From a virus, in the IMG/VR virus record IMGVR_UViG_3300009093_000036, positions 1 through 64,000 of that record: a DNA stretch of 64,000 nt; one strand, 5' to 3'. A program made the translations under genes and the position numbers. Below, one piece after another: positions 53,732 to 62,437 of this stretch. Numbering within the stretch: position 1 is the stretch's first letter; each line of letters begins with the position of its first letter. Below the pieces are notes generated by a model. That model saw nothing but the letters and a program-made list of their open reading frames with translations, was not told the DNA's origin and made no database searches.

Positions 53732-54119
53732 TGGGATTTCCTTTCTGTTCTGCTGCCGTCTTCTTCGCCGCGTCGGCGATGGCAGCGTCTTCGGCAACCT
53801 TGGCTGCCGGCTGCTCGCCGGCGGTGTTCGGCTGCTCAGCCGCGGGAGGCGTTCCTCCGCCCACGGGCTGATTCTGGAGCTCTTCGAGCTCGGCATCGAT
53901 CTCGTCGATGCGCTGCTCCATCTCGATGAGGGAGAGCTCGATGTGCTCCTCGGGAACGGAACCCATGTCCTCGCGTTGCATCACGAGTTCGGCGGGACCC
54001 GCGTCGGTCTTGCGGTAGAACGCACGCAGGTGGGAGATCGAGACGCCGTACACGGCCTTCCTCGACTTCAACTTGGAGATGAGCTCCAAGACCTCGGCGA
54101 TCGTCTTCGGTGTGGTCAT
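53694..54119 (-). CDS. Coiled-coil hypothetical protein (MTTPKTIAEV...)
   Basis: ATG at 54119; heptad EQRIDEIDAELEEL. Confidence 0.65.
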   Translation of the reverse strand: MTTPKTIAEVLELISKLKSRKAVYGVSISHLRAFYRKTDAGPAELVMQREDMGSVPEEHIELSLIEMEQRIDEIDAELEELQNQPVGGGTPPAAEQPNTAGEQPAAKVAEDAAIADAAKKTAAEQKGNPSGKSRPQGGRPS

Positions 54120-54124
54120 CTTGT

Positions 54125-54838
54125 TCACGCGCGCAGGAAGGCGTTGAGTCGAGATTCCAGTGTAGCACCGGAAGCTCCATCCCTGATGAGATCCTTCAGG
54201 TTGTAGCGGACCCACTCGCGACTGGAACGCACGAGCTCCAGCTTCTCACCACGGTGTTCGCGCTCCTGCTCCTGCTGCGTCGTCTTCATCAGATCGCCGC
54301 GCATGATGCCGATGCGGATGTCCGCATTGCATTCGAGCCTGAAGAAGTAGCGCTCGATGACCGGCGCCCAGTTCTCCATGGGCAGCTTGAAGAAGACTTC
54401 GCCGACGAGGTCGCGGTCGCGGCTGGGAGTCCGGCATGACAGGCAGATCCCCATCCTGTGCTTGATGAGCGCCGGAGGCATCGGAGCCGCACACCGCCGG
54501 CGCTGACCGTCGACCTCGATGACGTTCGGACAGAAGTAGACCTTCTCGTCCCCTCCGCCGTGCGCGAAGCCACCATTCGTCCAGGCCATGAGGAAGCCGC
54601 TGAACGGGCGGAACTTCGAGCGTTCCTCGTTGAAGTAGACCTCCAAGAGGAACTTCGAGGTGTGATTCTCGGTCTTCAGAGCCCCCATGAGGCGCTGAAC
54701 CTGCTCTTCGACCTCGGGGGTGACCTTCAGCTTCTCCCCGACCGCGACCATGTCGTAGATCGAGGCGTCCCCGGTGAGCTCGCCGATGCCGGACGTGCCG
54801 TCCGCCTTGACCGAGCCCTTCACGTTCGTCGATTCCAT
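54125..54838 (-). CDS. Hypothetical protein with zinc-binding Cys cluster
   Basis: YFCP...RRC...CLSC; ATG at 54838 after GAGG. Confidence 0.65.
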   Translation of the reverse strand: MESTNVKGSVKADGTSGIGELTGDASIYDMVAVGEKLKVTPEVEEQVQRLMGALKTENHTSKFLLEVYFNEERSKFRPFSGFLMAWTNGGFAHGGGDEKVYFCPNVIEVDGQRRRCAAPMPPALIKHRMGICLSCRTPSRDRDLVGEVFFKLPMENWAPVIERYFFRLECNADIRIGIMRGDLMKTTQQEQEREHRGEKLELVRSSREWVRYNLKDLIRDGASGATLESRLNAFLRA

Positions 54839-54852
54839 GTTCGTGTTTCTCC

Positions 54853-55302
54853 TCAACCTGCGATGAAGGCGCTGGCGACTGCCTGCGACCCACGGTCCTC
54901 ATCGTCGCGCGGGTAGGCGCCCTTGAACTTGCCGTTCTTCGGGTCGGGCACGAGATTCGACTGACCCACGAGAGGGACCTCGTTGACCTCGTTGCCGATG
55001 CGCAGGGTGTTGATGGTCGCCTGCGTCAGCGAGATCTGACAGTCCTTCAGGTTGCCGCGCATGATGATGCGCCACATCCAACGGACGCTCCCGCGCTGCG
55101 CATAGAAGCGCTTGCTGATGTCGATGCTCCAGGTCTTCGCCTCCTCCGCGGTGATGAGGATGTGGTCGACCAGCGCCCGCCAACGAGCGGGGACCAGAGG
55201 GTTCTCCGGCCTCACACGAACGGAGATGACGATCTCCTTGCCGTCGGCCTTCGCATCGACGATCTCGAAGCCAGCCTTCGCGAACGCTTGATCGACACGC
55301 AT
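54853..55302 (-). CDS. Hypothetical protein (MRVDQAFAK...)
   Basis: ATG at 55302 immediately after the upstream stop. Confidence 0.65.
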   Translation of the reverse strand: MRVDQAFAKAGFEIVDAKADGKEIVISVRVRPENPLVPARWRALVDHILITAEEAKTWSIDISKRFYAQRGSVRWMWRIIMRGNLKDCQISLTQATINTLRIGNEVNEVPLVGQSNLVPDPKNGKFKGAYPRDDEDRGSQAVASAFIAG

Positions 55303-55303
55303 C

Positions 55304-55813
55304 TCAGACTCCGAGGTCGATCGCCAGCCCGAAGGTGACGTCGGTGAGGAAGAGGGAAGAGGGTGGAGCTCCCAAGACAATGACGCGCTCGTTCGTGACG
55401 AGAGGAGACACGTACGCCGTCTTGATGCCGAAGACGTGGGTTGGTGGCTGCTGCGTCTCTTCGACGCCGAGCCATGCCGCGAAGAGAGGCCATCCCGGGA
55501 CCACGAGCTCGAACGTGAGGAGCTTCTTCTCCGACATCTTCTGCGTCGCCCCGTAGAGCGTGTAGATGCCGTGCTCCTTCGGATTGAACGGGTACTGCTC
55601 GATCTCCAGGTGGTTGAGCAGGAAGGTGTGGTCGACCTCGTTCTGTCCCTCGGGAACGACGGGGGTCTGCTCGTCCGCCATCTCACGCGAAACGAGGATC
55701 CCCTTCTCGGTGATCACGACCTCGTGGACCTTCGGCTGCGAGACGGCACGCTTCACGTACTGAAGCAACGCCGACATCGTGTTCGGCAGCGGCTCGGTGT
55801 GGAGACGCTTCAT
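55304..55813 (-). CDS. Hypothetical protein (MKRLHTEP...)
   Basis: ATGA-coupled; Shine-Dalgarno GGAGG. Confidence 0.65.
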   Translation of the reverse strand: MKRLHTEPLPNTMSALLQYVKRAVSQPKVHEVVITEKGILVSREMADEQTPVVPEGQNEVDHTFLLNHLEIEQYPFNPKEHGIYTLYGATQKMSEKKLLTFELVVPGWPLFAAWLGVEETQQPPTHVFGIKTAYVSPLVTNERVIVLGAPPSSLFLTDVTFGLAIDLGV

Positions 55814-56043
55814 CGGATGGCCTCCAGGACGATCTGGCGTTCCCGGTCCTTGTGGGCGCGGTAGAACTTGACGGCGTCCCGCATCACCCCCGTGAACCCC
55901 TTCGGGTGGTTCTCGGCCTTCGCGAGGGACTCCAGCCACTGCTCGTCATCGCGAGGAAGACGGATCGTCCGTGGGCTGGACATCGTGTCGAGAGGCTCTG
56001 TCTTCTCAGGAGCCTTCTTTTTGGGCTTGGGCTTGGGAGCCAT
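55810..56043 (-). CDS. Ribbon-helix-helix (CopG/Arc-like) DNA-binding protein
   Basis: RTIRLPRDDEQWLESLAK...TGVMRDAVKFY: a beta-strand followed by two helices; basic N-terminal tail. Confidence 0.55.
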   Translation of the reverse strand: MAPKPKPKKKAPEKTEPLDTMSSPRTIRLPRDDEQWLESLAKAENHPKGFTGVMRDAVKFYRAHKDRERQIVLEAIR

Positions 56044-56076
56044 GGCCCAGAGCATACGAGAGCATACAGCGCCTCG

Positions 56077-56337
56077 TCAAGCGAGTTCGAGCGCGTGCAT
56101 CCCGTTCAGGTAGCTGTCGAGGCCCTTCACCTCGGGGAACATCTCCTGAAGACGACGCACTACATGCTCGTGGATGGCGTCGAGATCGGCAGCGGTGTCG
56201 GTGACGCCATTCATCGCGATGATCGTCTTGAGCTCGTTCTCCAGCGACGACTTCAAGAGCGGGTTCGTCGCGAGCCAGAGAGGCAGCCACGTCCAGCGGA
56301 TCTCGAACGCCCCGTCGATCAGCTCCACGATCCTCAT
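56077..56337 (-). CDS. Hypothetical protein
   Basis: Shine-Dalgarno GAGGG; in the operon. Confidence 0.6.
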   Translation of the reverse strand: MRIVELIDGAFEIRWTWLPLWLATNPLLKSSLENELKTIIAMNGVTDTAADLDAIHEHVVRRLQEMFPEVKGLDSYLNGMHALELA

Positions 56338-56347
56338 GCGGCCCTCT

Positions 56348-58000
56348 TCATGACGAGCGGACGGTAGCAGCGATCAGATGCGCCGTACCAGGCATCGTGT
56401 CGTTGATGTTCTCCCAAGCCCGCTCCACCGAGAACCAGAAGGGGGCGTTCGCAACCAGCCCACTGAGCTGGAAGGGAACCTCGACGATGACGTTCTTCGC
56501 GGAGAAGTTCGCTGTCGCCTCGACGATCGTCGCCGACCCCAAGTTGTACGGGTTCGTGCCCGGGCCCAGGGAACCGTAGCGGACACGGAAACGAACGGTC
56601 GTGCCCGGGCCAGCATCAGCGTCGCCCGAGAACGAGAGACGAAGCACGGGGGCGGCAGCAGACGCGTAGCTGCGGAAGAACGCCCGCACGAACCGCCCGC
56701 CGATGCTCGCGACGATGTTGCGCAGGTACGACTGAAGCGTCGAGCCCTCGAAATCTCCGAAGGCCATGCGGAACGTCGGGCTCGCTCCGCCAGGTTCTCC
56801 AGAACCCCAGTTCGACGGAGCAACAGGGCCCGTCAGGATCGGGATAGCAAGCACACCCTCCGAGGCCCCGATCTTGAGGCCCGCGTAGAAGGTCACCCAC
56901 GCCGAAGGCGGTGGAGAAGTGACGTCGTGAAGTGTGCTTCCGGTGAGAGTCTGCATGTTGAGCAGCCCCGCACGAGAGCGCATCTTTATGCCGTGGTAGT
57001 TCGCGGATGCCCCAGGAGCACCATCTGCAAGCAGACCGAACCCCTTCTCATCCGAGACCACCGAGGAAGAATCGGTACGGACCTGCGCATACAGGTGGAT
57101 CTCGGTGAAGGCAGAGCCGAGCGTGACTTCCTTCAGGAATGCATCAGCGACCGTGGTGGTGATGGAGAGGACGCCACCGTCGATCAGCGTGTACACACCT
57201 CCGCTTCCGAACCCCGTGAACCCCGCCGCCAGAGGCAACTGCCCGAAGCGAGCGTCGTACTCGATGACGACGTCGCACTTGTCGAACGGGATCGTGGAGA
57301 TCGCGCTCGTGCCGGGCTGCGAGACCGGGTTCGCAGCGCGCAGGTTCTCCTCGACGACGATCGGAGGAAGGCCGTTGAGATCTGCTTCGTGGGGGTAGTG
57401 AATCTGCACGGCGGACTCCAAGAGGATGTTGGCGAGCGGGGAGGACGTCCCCGAGCACACGTCGACCAAGGAGACCACGAAGGTGCCGTCGTAGTCCACA
57501 TCGGGCAGGAGAGCTCGCAGGATCCCGGCCACGGGAGTTCCCGGGCTCTCCGCGGTGACGTCCGGGGTCGGAGCTGCGAGAGGAAGGGGGTCGCCACTGT
57601 AGATCGTGGGGCTGACGTCCACACGAATCCCCAAGGTAGCGTTCTCGAAGCGGATGCGGACGCACCCCAGCAGTGTCGTGTCGGTCACCAACACGAAGAT
57701 GCTGTCACCGAGGACGTAGCTGCCGAAGAAGCCGATGCCGCTCAGGACGACGTCGCTTCGCACCCTCGAACAGCTCTCGCAGACGATCTGCTTGTGGGTC
57801 CGTGCAACATCGACCTCGAACTGCCCCCAGGTGCCGGAAGCTCCCGAACCGAAGTAGGTGCCGTACGGCGTCGACCCGAAACCACCGTAGGCGCCGTTGT
57901 CGAAGAGCACCCACTGCGTCGCCGGCTCGATGAGCGTGATTCGTTGGTCCCGGAACTTCCGGTACCCACACACGCACTTCATGTTCGGATCGGCGGTCAT
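56348..58000 (-). CDS. Probable virion structural protein with an N-terminal Cys motif and a lectin/beta-sandwich-like C-half
   Basis: ATG at 58000 overlaps the upstream TGA; CVCG...CESC; G/S/T/A-rich beta composition. Confidence 0.6.
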   Translation of the reverse strand: MTADPNMKCVCGYRKFRDQRITLIEPATQWVLFDNGAYGGFGSTPYGTYFGSGASGTWGQFEVDVARTHKQIVCESCSRVRSDVVLSGIGFFGSYVLGDSIFVLVTDTTLLGCVRIRFENATLGIRVDVSPTIYSGDPLPLAAPTPDVTAESPGTPVAGILRALLPDVDYDGTFVVSLVDVCSGTSSPLANILLESAVQIHYPHEADLNGLPPIVVEENLRAANPVSQPGTSAISTIPFDKCDVVIEYDARFGQLPLAAGFTGFGSGGVYTLIDGGVLSITTTVADAFLKEVTLGSAFTEIHLYAQVRTDSSSVVSDEKGFGLLADGAPGASANYHGIKMRSRAGLLNMQTLTGSTLHDVTSPPPSAWVTFYAGLKIGASEGVLAIPILTGPVAPSNWGSGEPGGASPTFRMAFGDFEGSTLQSYLRNIVASIGGRFVRAFFRSYASAAAPVLRLSFSGDADAGPGTTVRFRVRYGSLGPGTNPYNLGSATIVEATANFSAKNVIVEVPFQLSGLVANAPFWFSVERAWENINDTMPGTAHLIAATVRSS

Positions 58001-58410
58001 CAGTGCCCAAGGATGGACTGAAGCAGGGCCACGATGCCAGTGATCAGTCCGAAAATGCCCGTGACGACCGCGATGATGATCGGGGCGGTGGTCTTCCACC
58101 ACTCCAGGCCGATCTTCTTCTCCTCGTGGTGCTGCGTACGCACCTCTTTGACCTCGGCGAGCGTGCGTGCCGTGTCCTCTCGTCCATCCCGAACACCCTC
58201 CTGGTGCCCTTCGAGCTTGGCGAGACGAACAGCGATCGCACTGACGTCCTTCTCGATGTCGTCGGCCTTCTTGGTGAAATCCTTCTGCGAGCTCTCGACG
58301 TGCTCGACGCGGGTCGTCAGCCCAGTGAGCATGAAGTTGAAGCCCGAGAAGCCGCGGCGCACCCGCTGCTCCAGTTCACGAAGCTTGGTGATGAAGTCTT
58401 CACCCGACAC
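58000..58410 (-). CDS. Coiled-coil protein with a single C-terminal TM helix (holin/antiholin- or XhlA-like topology)
   Basis: Heptad N-terminal region; APIIIAVVTGIFGLITGIVALL TM segment. Confidence 0.6.
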   Translation of the reverse strand: MSGEDFITKLRELEQRVRRGFSGFNFMLTGLTTRVEHVESSQKDFTKKADDIEKDVSAIAVRLAKLEGHQEGVRDGREDTARTLAEVKEVRTQHHEEKKIGLEWWKTTAPIIIAVVTGIFGLITGIVALLQSILGH

Positions 58411-59221
58411 GGTCGGCCTCCTCCTCGCTGATCATGTCTAGCACCGCGGCGCGAGCTTCCGAGAGGTTCGTGGGCATCGGCATGCCCGGAGGAACCGAAG
58501 CCTCCCGTACCGCCTTCAGCGCCGCCTCCGAAATCGGTTTCGTTCGGGGCGGAGACTCGTCGTCGAGCTGGAGGTAGCTGCGGATCTCCCGCAACGCGAT
58601 GTACGCCCCGTCGTTCGTGAGGATGTCCTGAACCGCCTCCGCCTGCGATGGAGCGTTCTTCATGAGATGCAGCCGCACCTTCGCGATCGCCTCCTCGATC
58701 GTCGAGATGTGCCGAGACAGGATCCCCGTGTCGACCGGCGGCGGTGTCGAAGACCGTCCGGGGCGCTCTTCGATGGTCCGAAGACTCGCCATGGAGGCTC
58801 GCGTGAGCTTCTTGGCGGTGAGGTCGTTGATCTTCCGCTCTCGGGCGTAGAAGATCTCGCGTTCGAGCTGCTCGGGGGTCAGGCCCGGCTTCTTCACGAG
58901 GTAGCTCTGAGCTCCGGCACGAACTGCCAGAATCGCCGTCTCCATGTCCTCGCGGCCCGAGAGCACGATGACCGGAACGTTCGGCGACACCTTCAACACC
59001 TCGACGAGGGTGTCGATGCCCTGGCTGTCCGGAAGTCCGAGATCGAGCAGCACGACGTCGAACTTCTTGTTCGACAGGAGCATGGTGGCCGTCTTCAGCC
59101 AGGTCGCAACCTCGACTCCGACCCGCAGCAACGTGGCCTGAAGGAGCCTCGACTCGATGAAGGCGGCGTCGGGAGCACTGTCCTCGACGAGAAGCACGTG
59201 GATGGGGATGGCCATGTTCAC
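58400..59221 (-). CDS. Response regulator: REC domain + unrecognised C-terminal domain
   Basis: VLLVED, LLDLGLPDSQG (phospho-Asp), VIVLSG, YLVK; about 140 aa of extra C-terminal sequence. Confidence 0.9.
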   Translation of the reverse strand: MNMAIPIHVLLVEDSAPDAAFIESRLLQATLLRVGVEVATWLKTATMLLSNKKFDVVLLDLGLPDSQGIDTLVEVLKVSPNVPVIVLSGREDMETAILAVRAGAQSYLVKKPGLTPEQLEREIFYARERKINDLTAKKLTRASMASLRTIEERPGRSSTPPPVDTGILSRHISTIEEAIAKVRLHLMKNAPSQAEAVQDILTNDGAYIALREIRSYLQLDDESPPRTKPISEAALKAVREASVPPGMPMPTNLSEARAAVLDMISEEEADRVG

Positions 59222-59625
59222 CTCGCCGGTAGCTTCGAGACCTGGAACCAGTACGCGCCCAGGATAGCTACCATGTCCCGAAAAGTCGTGAGCGACATCG
59301 GCTTGATGAGGTAACCCGAAGCTCCAGCTCGATACGCTCGTTCGATGTCATCGAGTGACGACGAGCTCGTGATGACGACCACGGGGATCGACTTCGTGAG
59401 CTCCTCGACCTTCAACTTCGCGAGGAGCTCGAAGCCGCTGATCTTCGGCAAGTTCAAGTCGAGCAAGATGAGGTCGACGAGCTCGTGCTCCAGCATCTTG
59501 CTGGCTTCGTCGGCTGTCACCGCTACACGCATCTCTACGCGATCGAGCGCCGAGAACGCCTTCCTGGCGAGGACGACGTCGGGAGCGTTGTCCTCGACCA
59601 GTAGAACGCGGTGCTGCACGGTCAT
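59218..59625 (-). CDS. Single-domain response regulator, Rcp1-like
   Basis: VLLVEDN, LLDLNLPK, PVVVITSS, AY..GA.GYLIKP, C-terminal YWF.V.KLP. Confidence 0.92.
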   Translation of the reverse strand: MTVQHRVLLVEDNAPDVVLARKAFSALDRVEMRVAVTADEASKMLEHELVDLILLDLNLPKISGFELLAKLKVEELTKSIPVVVITSSSSLDDIERAYRAGASGYLIKPMSLTTFRDMVAILGAYWFQVSKLPAR

Positions 59626-61085
59626 GCCTTGGGGAGGGTAAAAGAAAGGGTCGTTCCGTGGCCCTTGCCTCCCGATTCCGCCCAGATGTCACCGCCGTGA
59701 GCTCGGACGATTCTCTGGCACAGCGAGAGCCCGATGCCGGTCCCATCATACTCCGCCGTCGTGTAGAGGCGGTAGAAGGGAGTGAAGATCTTCGTGAGGA
59801 AGGCGGGCTCGATCCCGAGTCCTCGGTCTGTAACCTTGATCAACCACATGCGACCCGCGTCGCTCGCCGTCACACGGATGTGCGGAGGCGCCTCACTGTC
59901 ACCCTTAGGGGTGAACTTCACGGCGTTGCTGAGCAGGTTCTGGAAGACCTGCACCATCATGCCGGCATCGCATGTCACCGAGGGAAGGTTCTCCGTCGTG
60001 ATCTCCGCCTTCGACTCGTTGATCGAGACGCGAAGGTTCTCCTTCGCGATCTGAACGAGCCGCTCCAGCGACACGTTCTCCTGCGGGTTCATGTTGTTGC
60101 CGGCCCGGCTGAACCGAAGAAGGTCGTCGACGAGGTCCATCGCCCTCTTCGAGGCTGTCTCGATGAAGCCTCGATACTGCTGGGCCTCCGGAACGTTCTC
60201 GAAGAGGTGCCCGTACTCCTCGAAGAGGAGCTGCGTGTAGTTGCTGATGACTCGCAGGGGCTCGCGCAGGTCGTGCGAAGCGACGTGGGCGAAGTTCTTC
60301 AAGTCGGAGTTCGACTGCTGAAGCTTCTTGGTGAGCTGGACCTTGTCGTCGATGTCGATGAGGACGTGCATCATCTGCACGAGCTTCCCACCCTCGCGAT
60401 AGATCTGTGCTCGATCGATCACGGCCACCACACGGCCATCCGGCTTCACCAGCGAGAACTCCAACTCGACGTTGGAGACCTCCGGGTTCGCGAGGGCACG
60501 TTCCATGAGCGCACGAACGTCCGTTACGTCCGCCGGTGAGATCTTCGAGTAGAAGAGGTCGAGCGACGTTCCCAGAGACGTGGATGCAGCTCCGAGGTCG
60601 AGCATCTGTCCGACGCCAGCGTCCCAGCTCTGCATGTTCATGACGTAGTCGAACCACCACATCCCAGCCTTGGCAGATTCCAACGCCAGCGAGAGGCGGC
60701 GGTTGGTGTCGTGGACCTCCGTGATGTCCTCGAACATCGACGCAGCGACGCGAGTCCCCATCGGCAGAAAGTACATGCGGTACGTCCTTCCGAAGATCGT
60801 CCCGAGCTCCACCTGCTTCGGGTTCTGTGACTGAGCGGTCTCGTAGAGCGTCTGAACGAAGTCGGCGTTCGGCTCCTTGCCCTGCTCGGCCGTGATCTCG
60901 CGGAAGGTCTTCCCTTCCACGTGCTCGCGAGCCATGCCGTATCCCGAGACGATGCTCTTGACGCCCCACTCGTTCATGAAGACCAACTTCATATCTTGCG
61001 GGGAGGTTGCGCCTTCGGCATCCCAGACACCGATCGCGATCGGCACCTGGTGAAGCAGGGCATGGGCGAGTACTTCGTTCATCAC
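59622..61085 (-). CDS. Cytoplasmic PAS-PAS sensor histidine kinase
   Basis: PAS_3-like AGMWWFD...KPDG; H-box ASHDLREPLR; N-box QNLLSNAVKF; G1 DRGLGI; F-box; G2 GTGIGLSLC. No TM segments. Confidence 0.95.
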   Translation of the reverse strand: MMNEVLAHALLHQVPIAIGVWDAEGATSPQDMKLVFMNEWGVKSIVSGYGMAREHVEGKTFREITAEQGKEPNADFVQTLYETAQSQNPKQVELGTIFGRTYRMYFLPMGTRVAASMFEDITEVHDTNRRLSLALESAKAGMWWFDYVMNMQSWDAGVGQMLDLGAASTSLGTSLDLFYSKISPADVTDVRALMERALANPEVSNVELEFSLVKPDGRVVAVIDRAQIYREGGKLVQMMHVLIDIDDKVQLTKKLQQSNSDLKNFAHVASHDLREPLRVISNYTQLLFEEYGHLFENVPEAQQYRGFIETASKRAMDLVDDLLRFSRAGNNMNPQENVSLERLVQIAKENLRVSINESKAEITTENLPSVTCDAGMMVQVFQNLLSNAVKFTPKGDSEAPPHIRVTASDAGRMWLIKVTDRGLGIEPAFLTKIFTPFYRLYTTAEYDGTGIGLSLCQRIVRAHGGDIWAESGGKGHGTTLSFTLPKA

Positions 61086-61089
61086 AGCC

Positions 61090-61374
61090 TCACGACCGGA
61101 AGATCTTGGAGATGCAGTAGTCCGACGTCGTCACGCCGAACACACCGGGCCCAGGGTAGCTCTTGCCTGTGGTGTCGGGATAGAGCGTGGTCCACGACAC
61201 CAACTTGGTGGCCACGGAGTCGTAGACGCGATTCTCCACAGCGAAGACGGAAGGGTTCCTCCAGAACTCGCGAGGAGCCCACCTTACCGACAACGAGAAG
61301 GCCGGCTCTTGGTTCGCGCGAAGCGTCCAGAACTCCAGCGGGGCCCACCGAACTGAAAGCGTCGTCAGAGCCAT
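61090..61374 (-). CDS. Small hypothetical (possibly structural) protein
   Basis: ORF between the paralog pair and the histidine kinase; 3-4 nt gaps on each side. Confidence 0.55.
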   Translation of the reverse strand: MALTTLSVRWAPLEFWTLRANQEPAFSLSVRWAPREFWRNPSVFAVENRVYDSVATKLVSWTTLYPDTTGKSYPGPGVFGVTTSDYCISKIFRS

Positions 61375-61377
61375 GGC

Positions 61378-62427
61378 TCACCCGAGGCTGGGAAGGGTGT
61401 TGGCGAGCCAGGGGACCAAGAGGCAATCGACGAAGACACGGGCCTCCGTGGCGTTCGTCGGGTCGTGACGAGCCGGCCACGAGCGGAAGGCGACGCCACT
61501 TCCCCGAAGTCGAAGAGAGGTCCCCTTCGTTCCCTGGCGAGCGGCATAGCTCGATGCGGGACGAACCCACGCGAGCTCGATGCTTGGCTCTGCCAGATCG
61601 TTGGGATCCGGCCCTACCCCCGTCAGCGTGTTCAAGCCCGAAGCCGGAACGTACGTCGAAGAGGAGTTCGTTCCTTGCGCCACCAACACCCACTCGTCGA
61701 AGCTCTCCGACGTGAGGTTCATCTTGTACCAGCCGAACCAGGTCGTGCTGTTGAAGAGAGAGGTTGCGCTCAGCGGACCACCACTGGCCGGGAACCAGGT
61801 CATGATGATGGGGTCGGCATCGAGGGCGTTGAACGAGCGGAGGGTCTCGAACATGACGACCATAGAGATCGAAGAGTTCGATGGGCCCGTGGCCCATGCG
61901 TAGAACGTGTAGCAGTCCGTGTTCGCGGCATCGGAGTATGCGAGACAGTGGAAACGCGTACCCGAAGTGGTGGACGGGTTGGTGACGCTGGTGAACGCGT
62001 TCGCAGCGCCGAGAACCTGACCCTGATCAGTGGCACTGGGAGGCACGGTCGCGCTGATCGCACCGAACCCAGTGCCGATGAACGTATCGAGGGCGGAGTA
62101 GTAGATACGCCACTGCGTGTTGCTCGTGCCGCGCTGGATGAGGATCTGCCGCTTGTTCGCCGGACAGCGCAGAACGATCCATGCGTTGTTCCGATCGAAA
62201 CCTCCTGTGCCCGTTCCCGTCCCCGTGATCTGGTTGTTCACGTTGCCAGGCGTCGTAGAGAACGTTCCGCCGGTACCTGTTCCCGAGGCGAAGTGAGTCC
62301 AGCCCGCGGTGAGAAGCGTCTGGATGATGTTCCACAGGAACTCGACGACACCGGAGCCCGAAGGCTGCGGGTTCGGAAAGTTGATGGAGCTCGCACTGTC
62401 GATGGAGCGTGTCGTGATCTTCGCCAC
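61378..62427 (-). CDS. Virion structural protein, paralog of 62438..63430
   Basis: Shared L..AGWT..ASG.G, GTGTGG.D....W..LR.P...R.I.I.R, W..YYS and P.ATD motifs. Confidence 0.6.
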   Translation of the reverse strand: MAKITTRSIDSASSINFPNPQPSGSGVVEFLWNIIQTLLTAGWTHFASGTGTGGTFSTTPGNVNNQITGTGTGTGGFDRNNAWIVLRCPANKRQILIQRGTSNTQWRIYYSALDTFIGTGFGAISATVPPSATDQGQVLGAANAFTSVTNPSTTSGTRFHCLAYSDAANTDCYTFYAWATGPSNSSISMVVMFETLRSFNALDADPIIMTWFPASGGPLSATSLFNSTTWFGWYKMNLTSESFDEWVLVAQGTNSSSTYVPASGLNTLTGVGPDPNDLAEPSIELAWVRPASSYAARQGTKGTSLRLRGSGVAFRSWPARHDPTNATEARVFVDCLLVPWLANTLPSLG

Positions 62428-62437
62428 TTCGTCCTCC

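Noticed and set aside
59626-59665. Terminator/attenuator-like sequence with a TTTCTTTT tail inside the 3' end of the histidine kinase
   Set aside because: The stem is short and interrupted, and the tract is explained by the coding sequence (TLSFTLP).
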